A stretch of DNA of 62,961 bases, the filler included, from Octopus bimaculoides (lineage: Eukaryota): assembly GCF_001194135.2 (NCBI RefSeq). It is 7 parts of 7 records of this genome, joined end to end, with 100 filler letters (N's around TTAATTAATTAA, not from the genome) between each part and the next. Parts side by side here need not be neighbours in the genome. Positions count along the whole stretch, not along the records: positions 1 to 25,032 come from NC_068986.1; 6 more parts are not named here. The stretch is one strand, 5' to 3'. How positions within the stretch are numbered: position 1 is the stretch's first letter; each line of letters begins with the position of its first letter. Positions 1-13,843 of the stretch are shown piece by piece. Both the position numbers and the translations under genes were made by a program. Under the pieces are notes generated by a model, which saw only the letters and a list, made by a program, of their open reading frames with translations, ran no database searches and was not told where the DNA came from.

Positions 1-179
1 AGCTACCCTCGACCCACCACCGCCATCACTCTTACTACCACTCATCACCCACACCTCAACACCTACCCAAGATGCACCTCCGCCCGTCCCACGATCAACA
101 CTGGTAACAGCTTTCATTTCAGCTCTGTTCTCGAACGCAAACGACTACACACTCAGCAATACCTACACATACACTTGCG

Positions 180-180
<1 letters not shown>

Positions 181-232
<52 letters not shown>
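181..232. repeat. (AGAT)n microsatellite
   Basis: Perfect AGAT tandem run, read directly. Confidence 0.95.
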
Positions 233-234
<2 letters not shown>

Positions 235-579
235 GCATGTATGTGTATATGTATGTATATAGTCATGACAAGGCGGTGCAACTACGCTGTTCTAATCTTT
301 AATACAATATCTGTCACTGTAAGTTTTGTAAAGGTCATCAAATGTTTGCTTAACATCGCGATAGCAATATCTAAAACACGCGCGCGCGAACACACACACA
401 CACGCACACATACTCATAGACACACACACACGTAGTAACATGTGTATGAGTGTTTCAGTATCTCGGCGTATATATATGCACGTGTATATTTAAAAAGGCA
501 TATTGAATTTTAAATGAATTTGTTTCTATATATACGCAGATGCATTATATAAATATTTATATATATATATATACGCATA

Positions 580-611
<32 letters not shown>

Positions 612-698
612 ATGTGCATGTATATACATATATGTGTATGTGATGTGTACGTATATACATATGTGTGTGTGTGATGTGCATGTGTATGATCACAAACA

Positions 699-732
<34 letters not shown>

Positions 733-1630
733 TGATTTATGTGTGCGTTTGTGCATGCCAGCATATATGTGAATACATAAGCGTATGTAAGCATGTACAT
801 TGAATATTAAATGTATAGTTTCTTTATACATAGATGCAATATATAAATATTTATATGTGTGTATTTATGTACACATACATACACATACAGGCATGGATGT
901 GCATGTGTTTTAGTTTATGTATGTAGTTGGGTTATGTTTGTGTGGAAGTATGAGTGATGGACACTGATAAATATGATGATACGGAGTTCAAATTCTCTCT
1001 CCGCTAATATACATTGATATATATATATATATATATATATANNNNNNNNNNNNNNNNNNNNNNNNNNNNNNNNNNNNNNNNNNNNNNNNNNNNNNNNNNN
1101 NNNNNNNNNNNNNNNNNNNNNNNNNNNNNNNNNNNNNNNNNNNNNNNNNNNNNNNNNNNNNNNNNNNNNNNNNNNNNNNNNNNNNNNNNNNNNNNNNNNN
1201 NATATATATATATATATATATAAACATATATAAATACAGAGATTTGTACATTGATGTATATACAGATACATACATGCACACACGCATATACACATACACA
1301 CATATGTATGAGTGAATGTATGTATATATGTAGGAGGGTGTGCAGAAAAGTTCGTGGTTGTGTGTAAAAGAAAATACAGGATGTCCTGTGAATTATGATT
1401 TTATTCGACTTCTTCCTCTCTCAGATTCATATACCTATTGCAGTGGTTCTTCAGTTTTGCTAAGACCTGTTAAAGATCTCGAAAGGTAGGGCCTGCAATC
1501 CGGCCTATCACGAAACCTTAAAAACGAGGAACATTTCCGCACACCCTTGCATGTATATGTATATGTATATATACTTGTCCTATGTATGACTGCATCCTTG
1601 ATAGGGGAGTTACTGTGTTTCCAGGAGTGT

Positions 1631-1812
1631 GTAACTGTCGTAGGTAACCACACGCGATGCTCTATCGTCCACAGTACTATATCTTCACCTGAAAAGAAAA
1701 AGAAATGCTAAAACACCAAAGACCGAATGGTACCTATCGAACATATGTCCTTCCACCTGAGACTAAGTAATCACCATTTCAAAAACGTTCGTACTCTCTG
1801 CCCTGCCCTATA
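1631..1812. mobile_element. Terminal fragment of the DD41D-type Tc1/mariner element found at 39692-41220
   Basis: gtaactgtcgt...cgcgatgctctatcgtccacag...gaccgaatggtacct...acatatgtcc...atttcaaaaacg...gccctgccctata aligns with 41043-41222, including the right TIR and the flanking TA. Confidence 0.8.
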
Positions 1813-1847
1813 CTATCCCGTATCGATACTAGTATATTGTAAGTACG

Positions 1848-1985
1848 ATATTGGCGAGCTGGCAGAAACATATTGGCGAGCTGGCAGAAACGTATCGGCG
1901 AGCTGGCAGAAACGTTAGCACGCCGGGCGTAATGCTTAGCGGTATTTTATCTGTTTTTACGTTCTCAGTTCAAATTCCGCCGAGA
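1848..1985 (+). mobile_element. SINE family B (GAGCTGGCAGAAACGTTAGCACGCCGGG head), 5' part with triplicated head
   Basis: Head and GTTCAAATTCC B-box match the copy at 54471-54690; a 22-bp unit is repeated three times at the 5' end. Confidence 0.8.
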
Positions 1986-2004
1986 TACAAGTTCGTACAA
2001 AGTT

Positions 2005-2261
2005 GTTTCTAGAAGACCAACAGTCACCCATGTATACCAGCCTCCCCTCTCCATGCTACCGATGTTATCCAAGGGCAAGCGGAGTTCAATACAGCTTAGC
2101 ACCAGTGATGTCGCAACTCATTTCTATAGCTAAATGAACTGGAACAATGAGAAATAAAGTGCCTTGGTCAAGAACACAACACGCAGCCAGTTCCGGTAAT
2201 CGAACTCACTAGCTCATGATAGTGAGCCCGACACTCAAACCACTGAACCATGCGCCTTCAC
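2005..2261 (-). mobile_element. tRNA-derived SINE, family A
   Basis: Reverse complement reads GTGAAGGCGCATGGTTCAGTGG...GAGTTCGATTACC...TTGTGTTCTTGACCAAGGCACTT, with A/B boxes; similar to 19014-19245 and 61555-61854. Confidence 0.8.
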
Positions 2262-3384
2262 AACACTCAACCTACACTGTCGTAAATGTGCATAAACGGA
2301 GATATGTATTGCTGAAGTTGTAGTTGATGCATTTTTTTTTGTGTATACTTCTCAACCTACACATACATGCAAACATGTGGGAAATTCTTCTGTAGGTGTG
2401 TTTGTGGGAGTTGTTATCTAATTCTTCCTACATCGTTTTATCGATTTCGATGGCACTTGATACGTGAGTAGAACTCATGTCTGGAAACCTCATGGCATAC
2501 TCAGATTGTCGAAAAAAGTCGATAATAGGGCCCCTGAAAAGAATCCTTATCTATATCTAATAGATTTTATTTTAAAAACCAAGGAAAATAACTCATTCGC
2601 CCCTGGAAGTGATCCTTATATATAGCCAAAAGAAATAACCCATTCATTTTCCTAAATCATTTGGTATAAATCAAATTGAGTATGCTTATTTCTTAGTATT
2701 TGAACTGTTATTTTCGCAATTTATCCAATACAACTCCTTAGCTTTTGATCTAAAGAATAGATCAACTTATTTCGGTTAGTGACTTATTTACGAATATACC
2801 AACACTAGCTACCCCAAGGTTAATATTCTCTGGGAACGCACAAAAGCCCTTTTCAGAGTTATTTACTTTGAATTGTTATTATCTCATCTCTGATTAGCCT
2901 GTTATTACGTAACATGCTTCACGATTTTAGTATACATACCTTATTAGTATTTCCTCCTATGTCCTATACTCTCTGGGAACACAATTAAAGCTCTTTTCGG
3001 GGCTACTTTATTTGAATTCTTACTATCGGGTAACTAATTTCATGTTATTACATAACTGACTTCACAATTTGGGTATTCATAACTTATTGGGAATTCCTAA
3101 AAACAAGATCCTGTGTAAGACAGTTCGGTATTCTCTGTAAAGGCACAAAATCGTTTTAAAGGCTACATACATTGTATTGTTGTTATTGGATTAGCGAAAC
3201 AACTATGAGAACAGAACCAAGGGATAAGCCCCGCTTTCCCGGGAATTACCGGGGGCATAGTATGGTAGAAGTTATAGTCACTCATAATAAAAGGAGTACG
3301 GGTGGAATGTCCCAGTGAAGATCTCAATAAAATGTAAGCACAACAGAAATGATATGATGATTTGAGACTGACAAGAGAAACTGT

Positions 3385-3700
3385 GTACAGCTGCCCAGCG
3401 GATGTTAACATAAAACTGAAGATCAGTGAAAAGGAAAACACCTACCCTGAACTATTGAGATATCTGTAGTTACTCTATCCAGATTACAAGTTCAGGTTTA
3501 TACCTGTAATTATTGAGGCCCTGGGATATGTAGCACAGTGGCTAAATACTTAATTTCTCTTAATCTTGAGAAATTAGGCTTCTCAAAACCAGAAAGGAGA
3601 AAACTAATTCGAAGGCTACAGATCCAATCCATCACTGGAACTGTAAAACTCTGTAAGACTTTCCAGAAGTTAATCATTTGAGTATATATGTGCGTGTAAA
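3385..3700 (+). mobile_element. 3' end of an RLE-type non-LTR retrotransposon (R4-like), decayed
   Basis: Translates SCPADVNIKLKISEKENTYPELLRYL*LLYPDYKFRFIPVIIEALGY...LEKLGFS...RRLQIQSITGTVKLCKTFQK. This resembles the C-terminal part of a restriction-like endonuclease (IPVII[G]ALG motif). Confidence 0.65.
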
Positions 3701-4598
3701 GACATGCAACTATATGCATGAGAATACATACATAAAGTAAAGCATACAAATCTGCACATATACATACATACCAAGAAAACTACCCTGGTGTTGATGTCGA
3801 AATTCCAATGAAGGGGCCTAGAATCTGGGTTAGAAACCGGCTCTATCTCTGTTGACAAGAAATCTTGAAATAAAACTGAAAAATCAGATACATGCATACA
3901 TACATACATACAAGAAACGCATCAACTTCAAAGGAAGCAATACACACTCCGTTATACACATTTACGACACATTGTTTTAAGATTTTCTGTTACCATATAA
4001 GGAAGTCTATGATGTAAGTTTTCTAGCGGCAGATAAATTATCCAAAACAGCGTATGAAAGACACAAACATGAATGTATGTAGTCAAAAATATACATATAT
4101 ACATACATACGTACATAAATAGATTCATATATACTCGGCCTGCATACATACATTGACAGTAATATAAATACATGTGTAATACACCTATATAGTATATATA
4201 TATATATATATATATATCTATATATACTTATATATATACTTATATATATACTTATATATATACTTATATATATACTAATATATATATACACACACAGATA
4301 TATATATATGTGCATATATATGTATATGTATATGTATATACTTACATACGTATGTATGTATGGATGTGTGGTATGTGTGTATGCATGTATGTATATATGA
4401 AATACATGTGCGTACAGGCATACAGAACATTTGTAAAGACAAGAATAAGTAAATCTCTAGATCTTACGTTTCTTTCTCTCTCCCCTTCTCTTTCTTCTCT
4501 GCGCTCTCTGTCCTTGTATGTGTGTGTATATGTACACACATACACTAACACACACACACACATACGCACATATCACTTTACACACTAAAATAATCATA

Positions 4599-4643
<45 letters not shown>

Positions 4644-4932
4644 NNNNNNNNNNNNNNNNNNNNNNNNNNNNNNNNNNNNNNNNNNNNNNNNNNNNNNNNN
4701 NNNNNNNNNNNNNNNNNNNNNNNNNNNNNNNNNNNNNNNNNNNNNNNNNNNNNNNNNNNNNNNNNNNNNNNNNNNNNNNNNNNNNNNNNNNNNNNNNNNN
4801 NNNNNNNNNNNNNNNNNNNNNNNNNNNNNNNNNNNNNNNNNNNNNNNNNNNNNNNNNNNNNNNNNNNNNNNNNNNNNNNNNNNNNNNNNNNNNNNNNNNN
4901 NNNNNNNNNNNNNNNNNNNNNNNNNNNNNNNN

Positions 4933-4982
<50 letters not shown>

Positions 4983-5242
4983 GTATATATACATATACAT
5001 ATGTATATGAATATATTTATTCGTATGTATATATGTATATATGTATATATATGTAAATATATATGCACAACCATGAATATAGTACATATAGCAAAACGAA
5101 TATACCAATTCATATATATTCATACACACTACCACACTCGTTCATACACACACACATGTACGTATGTATGTATGTATGTATTATGTATGTATGTATGTAT
5201 GTAGGTAGATATGTATGCATGTATGTATGTACGCATATATGT

Positions 5243-5282
<40 letters not shown>

Positions 5283-6719
5283 GTATACAATGCATTGCCA
5301 AACGACGATTTGAAAGTTTTGTCTTATTGATTTTTAAATGGATTTCCTCAAGAATTTACAGAAACCTTGTTGAATAGAGAATATTGTAAAGCGATCTGGA
5401 AGTGTCTCTTGCAAAACGACTACCGAAACCGCTATTCGAGACACGGCCCATTGCCCTGACAGACGTAACAGCAGTTAACTTACATACTGTAAGTTTCCGC
5501 TTGCTCACACTTTGCCTAGTCGGATTATTCGGATCAGTCGGATTACTCGGATGTGCAAGTGGCTAGCATTCATTCTCTGTTGACCTTTTTAGCTTATGTC
5601 GTATGCCATGTCCTTCTGCGTTCGTCTGTGTATGTGTGTATGTACGTGTACATGTATATATATCATTTATATACGCACATATATATATATATATACATAT
5701 AAACACAAGTACATACACACACGCTTGGATACATAGAGATATACTTATTTACCAATGAGTGAGTGCCGAAAAGTTCCTTCTTTTAATGGTATCACGAAAA
5801 GCCCAATTTTCCGAGTTCTTTTACAGGGCTTACAAAAGCTGAAGCATCGCTGCAATAAGTGTGTGAATGTGAGTGGGGAATATGTTGAATAAAATTATAT
5901 TTAACCGATACTCCTGTATTCTCTGTTACCCAAAGCCAGGAACTTTTCAACATCACCTGCTAATTTTATATTTACTTTGTATTATATTATACTTATTTAT
6001 TGTACTTTTAATTATAAATTTCTATATGTGACAGTGGATTTTCATCGATGAGTTCATAAACCTTGGTTCTTTTCCCTAAAACTATATATTTATATATATT
6101 TTATACTGTGAAGCTTAATTTAATTTAAATTTTTAATAAATTGATTTTAATTGAGTTTTTACCTGTAATTTTGGATTTTATCACTAATATTATTATTATT
6201 ATTATTATTATATATNNNNNNNNNNNNNNNNNNNNNNNNNNNNNNNNNNNNNNNNNNNNNNNNNNNNNNNNNNNNNNNNNNNNNNNNNNNNNNNNNNNNN
6301 NNNNNNNNNNNNNNNNNNNNNNNNNNNNNNNNNNNNNNNNNNNNNNNNNNNNNNNNNNNNNNNNNNNNNNNNNNNNNNNNNNNNNNNNNNNNNNNNNNNN
6401 NNNNNNNNNNNNNNNNNNNNNNNNNNNNNNNNNNNNNNNNNNNNNNNNNNNNNNNNNNNNNNNNNNNNNNNNNNNNNNNNNNNNNNNNNNNNNNNNNNNN
6501 NNNNNNNNNNNNNNNNNNNNNNNNNNNNNNNNNNNNNNNNNNNNNNNNNNNNNNNNNNNNNNNNNNNNNNNNNNNNNNNNNNNNNNNNNNNNNNNNNNNN
6601 NNNNNNNNNNNNNNNNNNNNNNNNNNNNNNNNNNNNNNNNNNNNNNNNNNNNNNNNNNNNNNNNNNNNNNNNNNNNNNNNNNNNNNNNNNNNNNNNNNNN
6701 NNNNNNNNNNNNNNNNNNN

Positions 6720-6900
6720 GAGTGAGAGAAAGTTGGGGCGAAAGAGTACAACAGGAGTCTCCACACCCACTGCCGGAGCCTCGTGGAGCTTTAGGTGTTT
6801 TCGCTCAATAAACACACACAACGCCCGGTCTGGGAAATGAAACCGCGATTCTCCGACCGTGAACCCGCTGCCCTAACCACTAGGCCATTGCGCCTCCACA
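6720..6900 (-). mobile_element. tRNA(Arg-like)-derived SINE, family C, truncated by a gap
   Basis: Near-identical to 20122-20290 in reverse orientation; TGGCCTAGTGG A-box and GGTTTCATTTCC B-box-like motif. Confidence 0.9.
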
Positions 6901-7984
6901 CACACACACACACACACACACACAATATTTTATATACATTTTTAAATATATAGATATTTATAAATTTCTTTTGTAAAGAATTCTTGATACAATCGCCGTA
7001 TCTGAAAGAAACTTTCTTTCCAAAACGGTGCTGATGGAAATGATGATGATGACGACGACGTCGACAATAAAGAAGTTGATGATTATGATGCGCATTTAAT
7101 ATTCTGTATTCATTCGATATTCTAAATCCATTGCTTTCATGAGAGGACGGATTTGTCCAGTCATTTCCTACGTAATGAGTTCTAGGCTGTTCCTTCAACT
7201 AAAGAACTTGCTCAGTAAATTAGATTGTGAAGTGGCTGAGTATTCCGCAGATACAACTACTTAGTAGTTCTTGTGCTGGCATTCACCCGGGGGCGGGGGT
7301 TAAATCGACTCTGATCATGCTCGGAGTTTCAGTGGGAATACAATTTCACCTGTGGTCCCCTGTCACATGCATACACATTTTGGAATAGCGTGATCCGTAA
7401 CAGATCATCTTGCCGTCAACTGTCGACCGTTGTAGAGAATTCGCAGACCAAGTCACCACCGATTGTCGGAACAGTAGTAGCCTGGGTTTACAGCGGGTTC
7501 CAGAGACATGCTTTAACAAAAGCTAAGGGGTACCTCACCTCCAGTGCTCTTCCAGCACGCCGAATACCAACCCGGAGTTTCTGAGGGCTGGCCTTTGTTG
7601 AGCTTACACTAGGTTCAGCTGCCTTTTTTTCCGTCCTTTTGACAGGACTTGTTTTTAATCCTGCTAGGTTTTCTAGCAACCCTCCTCACCAAGCAATCCT
7701 AGAGGTGGTGCCGGTTTAGTCGGCAATGATTCGACCATGCGATAGGTTGTACTGGATTCTGTTACCAGCAGCTCACATGAGAGACATCACAAGCGATCAG
7801 ACACATCCTCAGATACCTGTAAACTTAACTTAATTCTTGTATAGGATCAGTATGACAATGTTGAACGTTAAAATTACAGGAAAAGCCCACTTTTCATCTA
7901 CACAACTTCACTCACAAAGCCTGACTTGATCCGGTTCTATGGTAAAGATGCTTATTGTTCTACTACTAGTGGAAGAATTCTAGC

Positions 7985-8400
7985 GCGCCGGACAAAATAC
8001 TTGGCTTCATTTCGTCCGTCTTTGCGTTCAGAATCAAAATTCCACTTCGGTCGACTTTGTTTTTCATCTAATCGGAATGGATGAAATACGTACCAGTTGA
8101 GTAGTGGTGTCAATGTAATCCACTGCCCCGTCCCCTAAAATGCCAGCCCTTGTGCTGATAGTAGAAAGGATTATCTCTAAGGTGGTGTGCCGGAAAAATC
8201 GTAAGCACCCGTGACTAAATGCTCAGATGTTCTTTGTCTGTCTTCATGTTCTGACTTCAAAGTCTGCCGAAGTCGGCGTTGCTTTTCGTCCTTTCGAGGC
8301 CGATAAAATAAGTACCATTTGAGCAACGGGGTGGATATAGTCGCATAAGCTACTCCCCTACCAAATCTCAGGGCGTGTGCCTATAACTGAAGGAATTATT
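7985..8400 (+). mobile_element. Two tandem, diverged SINE family B copies (about 7985-8180 and 8200-8400)
   Basis: Both show the cgggc/caaaatgctt...ttctgagttcaaa...gtcgactttgc...gataaaataagtacca...ccttgtgcct...agaaaggattatt skeleton of 54471-54690. Confidence 0.7.
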
Positions 8401-8546
8401 AATATCATTATTTCTCTATTACATACCCTATTCTTCGAACAGACGGTCTTTTTTTTCCTCTATTTTTCAGACTATCAACCCTTGAAAAAAGCCTAAGAAT
8501 TCAAGCTTAGCCATCAGAGGATTACAAACGACTTTGACAACGACAA

Positions 8547-8585
8547 CGGTGACGACGATGATGATGATGATGAATGATGATGAAT

Positions 8586-8624
<39 letters not shown>

Positions 8625-8870
8625 CGACGGAATGATGATGATGTTGATGATGATGATGATGATGATGACGACGGAATGATGACGACGGAATGATGACGAC
8701 GGAATGATGATGATGATGACGATGATGTTGATGATGACGATGATGATGATGATGACGACGGAATGATGATGATGTTGATGATAATTGATTATGGTGATGA
8801 TAATGATGATGATGATGATGTTGATGATGACGACGGAATGATGATGATGATGTTGATGATGATGATGATG
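8547..8870. repeat. (GAT)n field with recurring GACGACGGAAT variant
   Basis: Direct reading. Confidence 0.9.
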
Positions 8871-9132
8871 ACAGTGAAGGCAATGAAGATGTCGGCGATA
8901 TTTGATTGAGGTGGTAGGTAAATCCTGATGGTGCGCCGATGATGGGGGTGCAAAAGAGGGGGTTAGTATAGGTTGGGAAGATTCGGGGGGAAGGTGTGTG
9001 TAAATTCAAGTGGTGCCTCTCCCGTTTAACAAGACGGTAAATTTAAATTCCCCCCCCCCGCGAACCCTGCAGACTTGCTTCTTTTATCGTGCCTGGTCAC
9101 GTGATATCGCTGTAAAACGGTGACAGGCTGAC

Positions 9133-9199
9133 TTGTCGGACATTTTGTTTTGTCGTTGTTGTTGCTTGTTTCATAGTCGTCGTCGTCGTCGTCATCGAT

Positions 9200-9234
<35 letters not shown>

Positions 9235-9451
9235 AATAGTACTTGTCGTTCCTATTGCTGTCACCTTCGGTGTTTAGGTTTTCCTTATCGTTTTTCTTCT
9301 TCTTGTTATTATTGTCGCTGTTCTTGCAGTTGTTGTCGCTGCTATTTGCTTGCTGCTGTTGTGGCTGTTGTTCATGATGATGATAATGATGATAATGATG
9401 ATGCCGACAACGATGACGACGACGACCGTGGCAATGGCGATCATGGTCATT

Positions 9452-9488
<37 letters not shown>

Positions 9489-9540
9489 CCACCATCATCA
9501 TCACCACCATCATCACCACCATCATCATCATCACCACCAC

Positions 9541-9572
<32 letters not shown>

Positions 9573-9660
9573 CCACCATCATCATCAACATCATCATCAT
9601 TACCACCATCATCATCACCACCATCATCATCACCACCATCATCATCATCATCATCATCAT

Positions 9661-9713
<53 letters not shown>

Positions 9714-9736
9714 ACATCATCATCATCATTCCGTCG

Positions 9737-9770
<34 letters not shown>

Positions 9771-10154
9771 TATAGATGGTGTTGTTTAACCCCGAGTTTG
9801 TGCTGCTCAGACAAGCCTATCTGGCGCTCCAGACCTATTACCTAGAACCATATATTGTGATCATTCCAACTGTGACCATCCTGTCTTTAGAGCATGTACA
9901 TGTTATCTAAGGTAGTCTTTCTTATTCGTGACCGTAGAGAAGTGATTGGAGTGAATTTGACTGATATTTCAAGCATGTTGACTGAGCCAACAGAGGTGGT
10001 GGTTTTAGTGGTGATACTAGCGGTGATGGTGGGAGTAGTGGTGGTGGTGGTGGCAGCGGCGGCGATGCTGGTGGTGGTGCTGGTGCTGCTGGTGATGGTG
10101 GCGGTGGTGGTGGTCGCGGTGGCGGTGATAGTGGTGGTGGTGGTGGTGGTGGTG
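9133..10154. repeat. Compound trinucleotide fields: (GTT)n/(CGT)n, (CAT/CAC)n 9445-9771, (GGT)n 10000-10154
   Basis: Direct reading; these generate the poly-H/I/V/M ORFs in the track. Confidence 0.9.
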
Positions 10155-11142
10155 NNNNNNNNNNNNNNNNNNNNNNNNNNNNNNNNNNNNNNNNNNNNNN
10201 NNNNNNNNNNNNNNNNNNNNNNNNNNNNNNNNNNNNNNNNNNNNNNNNNNNNNNNNNNNNNNNNNNNNNNNNNNNNNNNNNNNNNNNNNNNNNNNNNNNN
10301 NNNNNNNNNNNNNNNNNNNNNNNNNNNNNNNNNNNNNNNNNNNNNNNNNNNNNNNNNNNNNNNNNNNNNNNNNNNNNNNNNNNNNNNNNNNNNNNNNNNN
10401 NNNNNNNNNNNNNNNNNNNNNNNNNNNNNNNNNNNNNNNNNNNNNNNNNNNNNNNNNNNNNNNNNNNNNNNNNNNNNNNNNNNNNNNNNNNNNNNNNNNN
10501 NNNNNNNNNNNNNNNNNNNNNNNNNNNNNNNNNNNNNNNNNNNNNNNNNNNNNNNNNNNNNNNNNNNNNNNNNNNNNNNNNNNNNNNNNNNNNNNNNNNN
10601 NNNNNNNNNNNNNNNNNNNNNNNNNNNNNNNNNNNNTCTATCACTCTCTCTCTCTCTCTCTCTCCCTATCTCTATCACTCTCTCTCTCTCTCTCTCTCCC
10701 TATCTCTATCACTCTCTCTCTCTCTCTGGCCTGGTAATATGTCTCACTACCTCTCCCCTCCCCTCATCTCTCCATTCTTTTACTCATTGCGTGACCTCAG
10801 TCTATTACAAACACACACGCACACGTACACACATACACACACGTGTACACACACACACGCACACACATACACACATGCACACATGCACCCACGCACACAC
10901 ACGAACACACACACTCATACAAACACACATACGCACACACACAAACACAGGCACTCTCTCTCTCTCTCCCTCTCTATCTCTCCATACATAAGCACATATA
11001 AACACATATACACACACGATCACACAAACACACAAACACACATCACAATACACATACGCACATAAAACACAACACACATACGCACATAGAATGTACACAA
11101 AAACACATACATTTGCATGCAAGCATCTGCATATACACCCCA

Positions 11143-11206
<64 letters not shown>

Positions 11207-11429
11207 AGATGTACACAAGCCGTGCAGAATACAGGAGTGCTCTTCATACGCACATGCGCATACCATTGAAGACATGCATACAAATATGTACGCATGAGTG
11301 GCACACTGAAATCCACCCACGCACATCCATACACAAGGATACATGCCGATATACATACATGCAAGCAGACACACACGCACACACATACATACCACACTGC
11401 AATATAATCAAATACACACACACGCGCTT

Positions 11430-11471
<42 letters not shown>

Positions 11472-12384
11472 GCACATACGTATATTTATGCAAGCGCTTG
11501 CATTACACACTGATTGGCACGAGTCACCATGGGAGTTTCTACACGGTCGATAGGTTTGCTAAAAAGAGTAGTAATACTTCCTCATAACTTCCCCACCTGG
11601 AAATGCCCTTTAAAATTGTTTCCAGCGCGTGCTACACATATTTACAACCACATGTACTTCTGCAGCATTTACCCGGGGTGGTAAAAACTGGCTCCGATCA
11701 ACGAGTTCACCATGTTCCTTACGAATACTGACCACATCAGTTGGACAAATACCCCACTGGGAGAGCAAGCGCATTGGATCGCGTGGGCGCCTCAGCTGTA
11801 GTCCTCGCTTGCTGATGAGGTGCAGAGGTCATGTTCGGAGTTTCAGAGGGAATACAAGTTAACATGTGGACCCCTGCCACATGCATACACATTTCGGGAT
11901 GAGGTGAACCGTAACATCTCATCTTGCCGTCGACTGTCGCCCGTCACAAGGGATTCGCTAAGCAAGTAACCGTGATATATCAGAGCAGACGTAGCCTAGC
12001 TTTACATGTAGGGTAATACAGTCTAAGAGATATGGAATAGATGGAGGTAATCATGGCTGGAAACTCTTTGACCATAAGTATATAATCTTGACCAAAGTGC
12101 ACAGAAGCTGAAAAACAACGAAGGTAACAAAAGGGATATTTAAAATAATAAAAGATCACACCTATCCGCAAAATCTTCATTCTTGCAACTAACCTACAAC
12201 AACACAGTCCTCTCTCTCCGTCTTTCTCTTCCTCGCTTTCTCTCCTACTCTATATCTTTCTCTCTTTCTCTCACACACACTCTAAATCTATCAACATATC
12301 TCTATCTATTTGTCTATTTATCTATTTATCTCTCTATCTCACGCATACACAAGCAGAAATAACACAATCTTTCTTTCCCCCTTT

Positions 12385-13135
<751 letters not shown>

Positions 13136-13763
13136 ACATCTGCGACCAAGCACATTCTTTATTTCAATCATCAACAGAGGCGCCAAGCACGGTCTCCACA
13201 CGCACTCAACTCATAGACCATCACATATGTACACAAGCATGCAAAGAGGACATTCTGAAAAAAGCGTAATTAAAATGGAGTCCGTGAAGCATCCGTGTTA
13301 TATCCATCAATGTAACGGCACACATTGCAAAGGTACAACATGCTTACAACTGTTGTGTAACAGATTATCTCAAATATCACGTGCGCATTTGTAAAAGTAT
13401 AGGTTATTGATTATATGCATATGCACGCAGCTATATGTTCGTATGTATGTATGTATGTATGTATGTATATATGTATGTATGTATGTATGTATATATGTAT
13501 GTATGTATGCTTGTATGTATGTACGTATGCTTGTATGTATGCATCTATGTGTGTGTGAGCGCGGGCGCGTATGTGTTTGTGGATACATGCATTTGTATAT
13601 ATATATATATATACATATATATGCATATATATATATATATATTACTTTTGTTTTTACATGATTGAACGCAGCGTCTCACAAAAATTGTAAGTAGTTCGTA
13701 AACTTATCCTCCGACGCTACTCTATCTCTCTCTCTCTCTCTCTCTCTCTTNNNNNNNNNNTTG

Positions 13764-13843
<80 letters not shown>

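Noticed and set aside
5391-5488. Exon candidate ending at ACT|GTAAGT (DLEVSLAKRLPKPLFETRPIALTDVTAVNLHT)
   Set aside because: The only frame-compatible acceptor lacks a polypyrimidine tract, and no homology is recognised.
7735-7815. HDV-like ribozyme at a putative LINE 5' end (…gatgtctctcatgtgagctgctggtaac, minus strand)
   Set aside because: No P1 partner strand could be found upstream and the L3 length does not fit.
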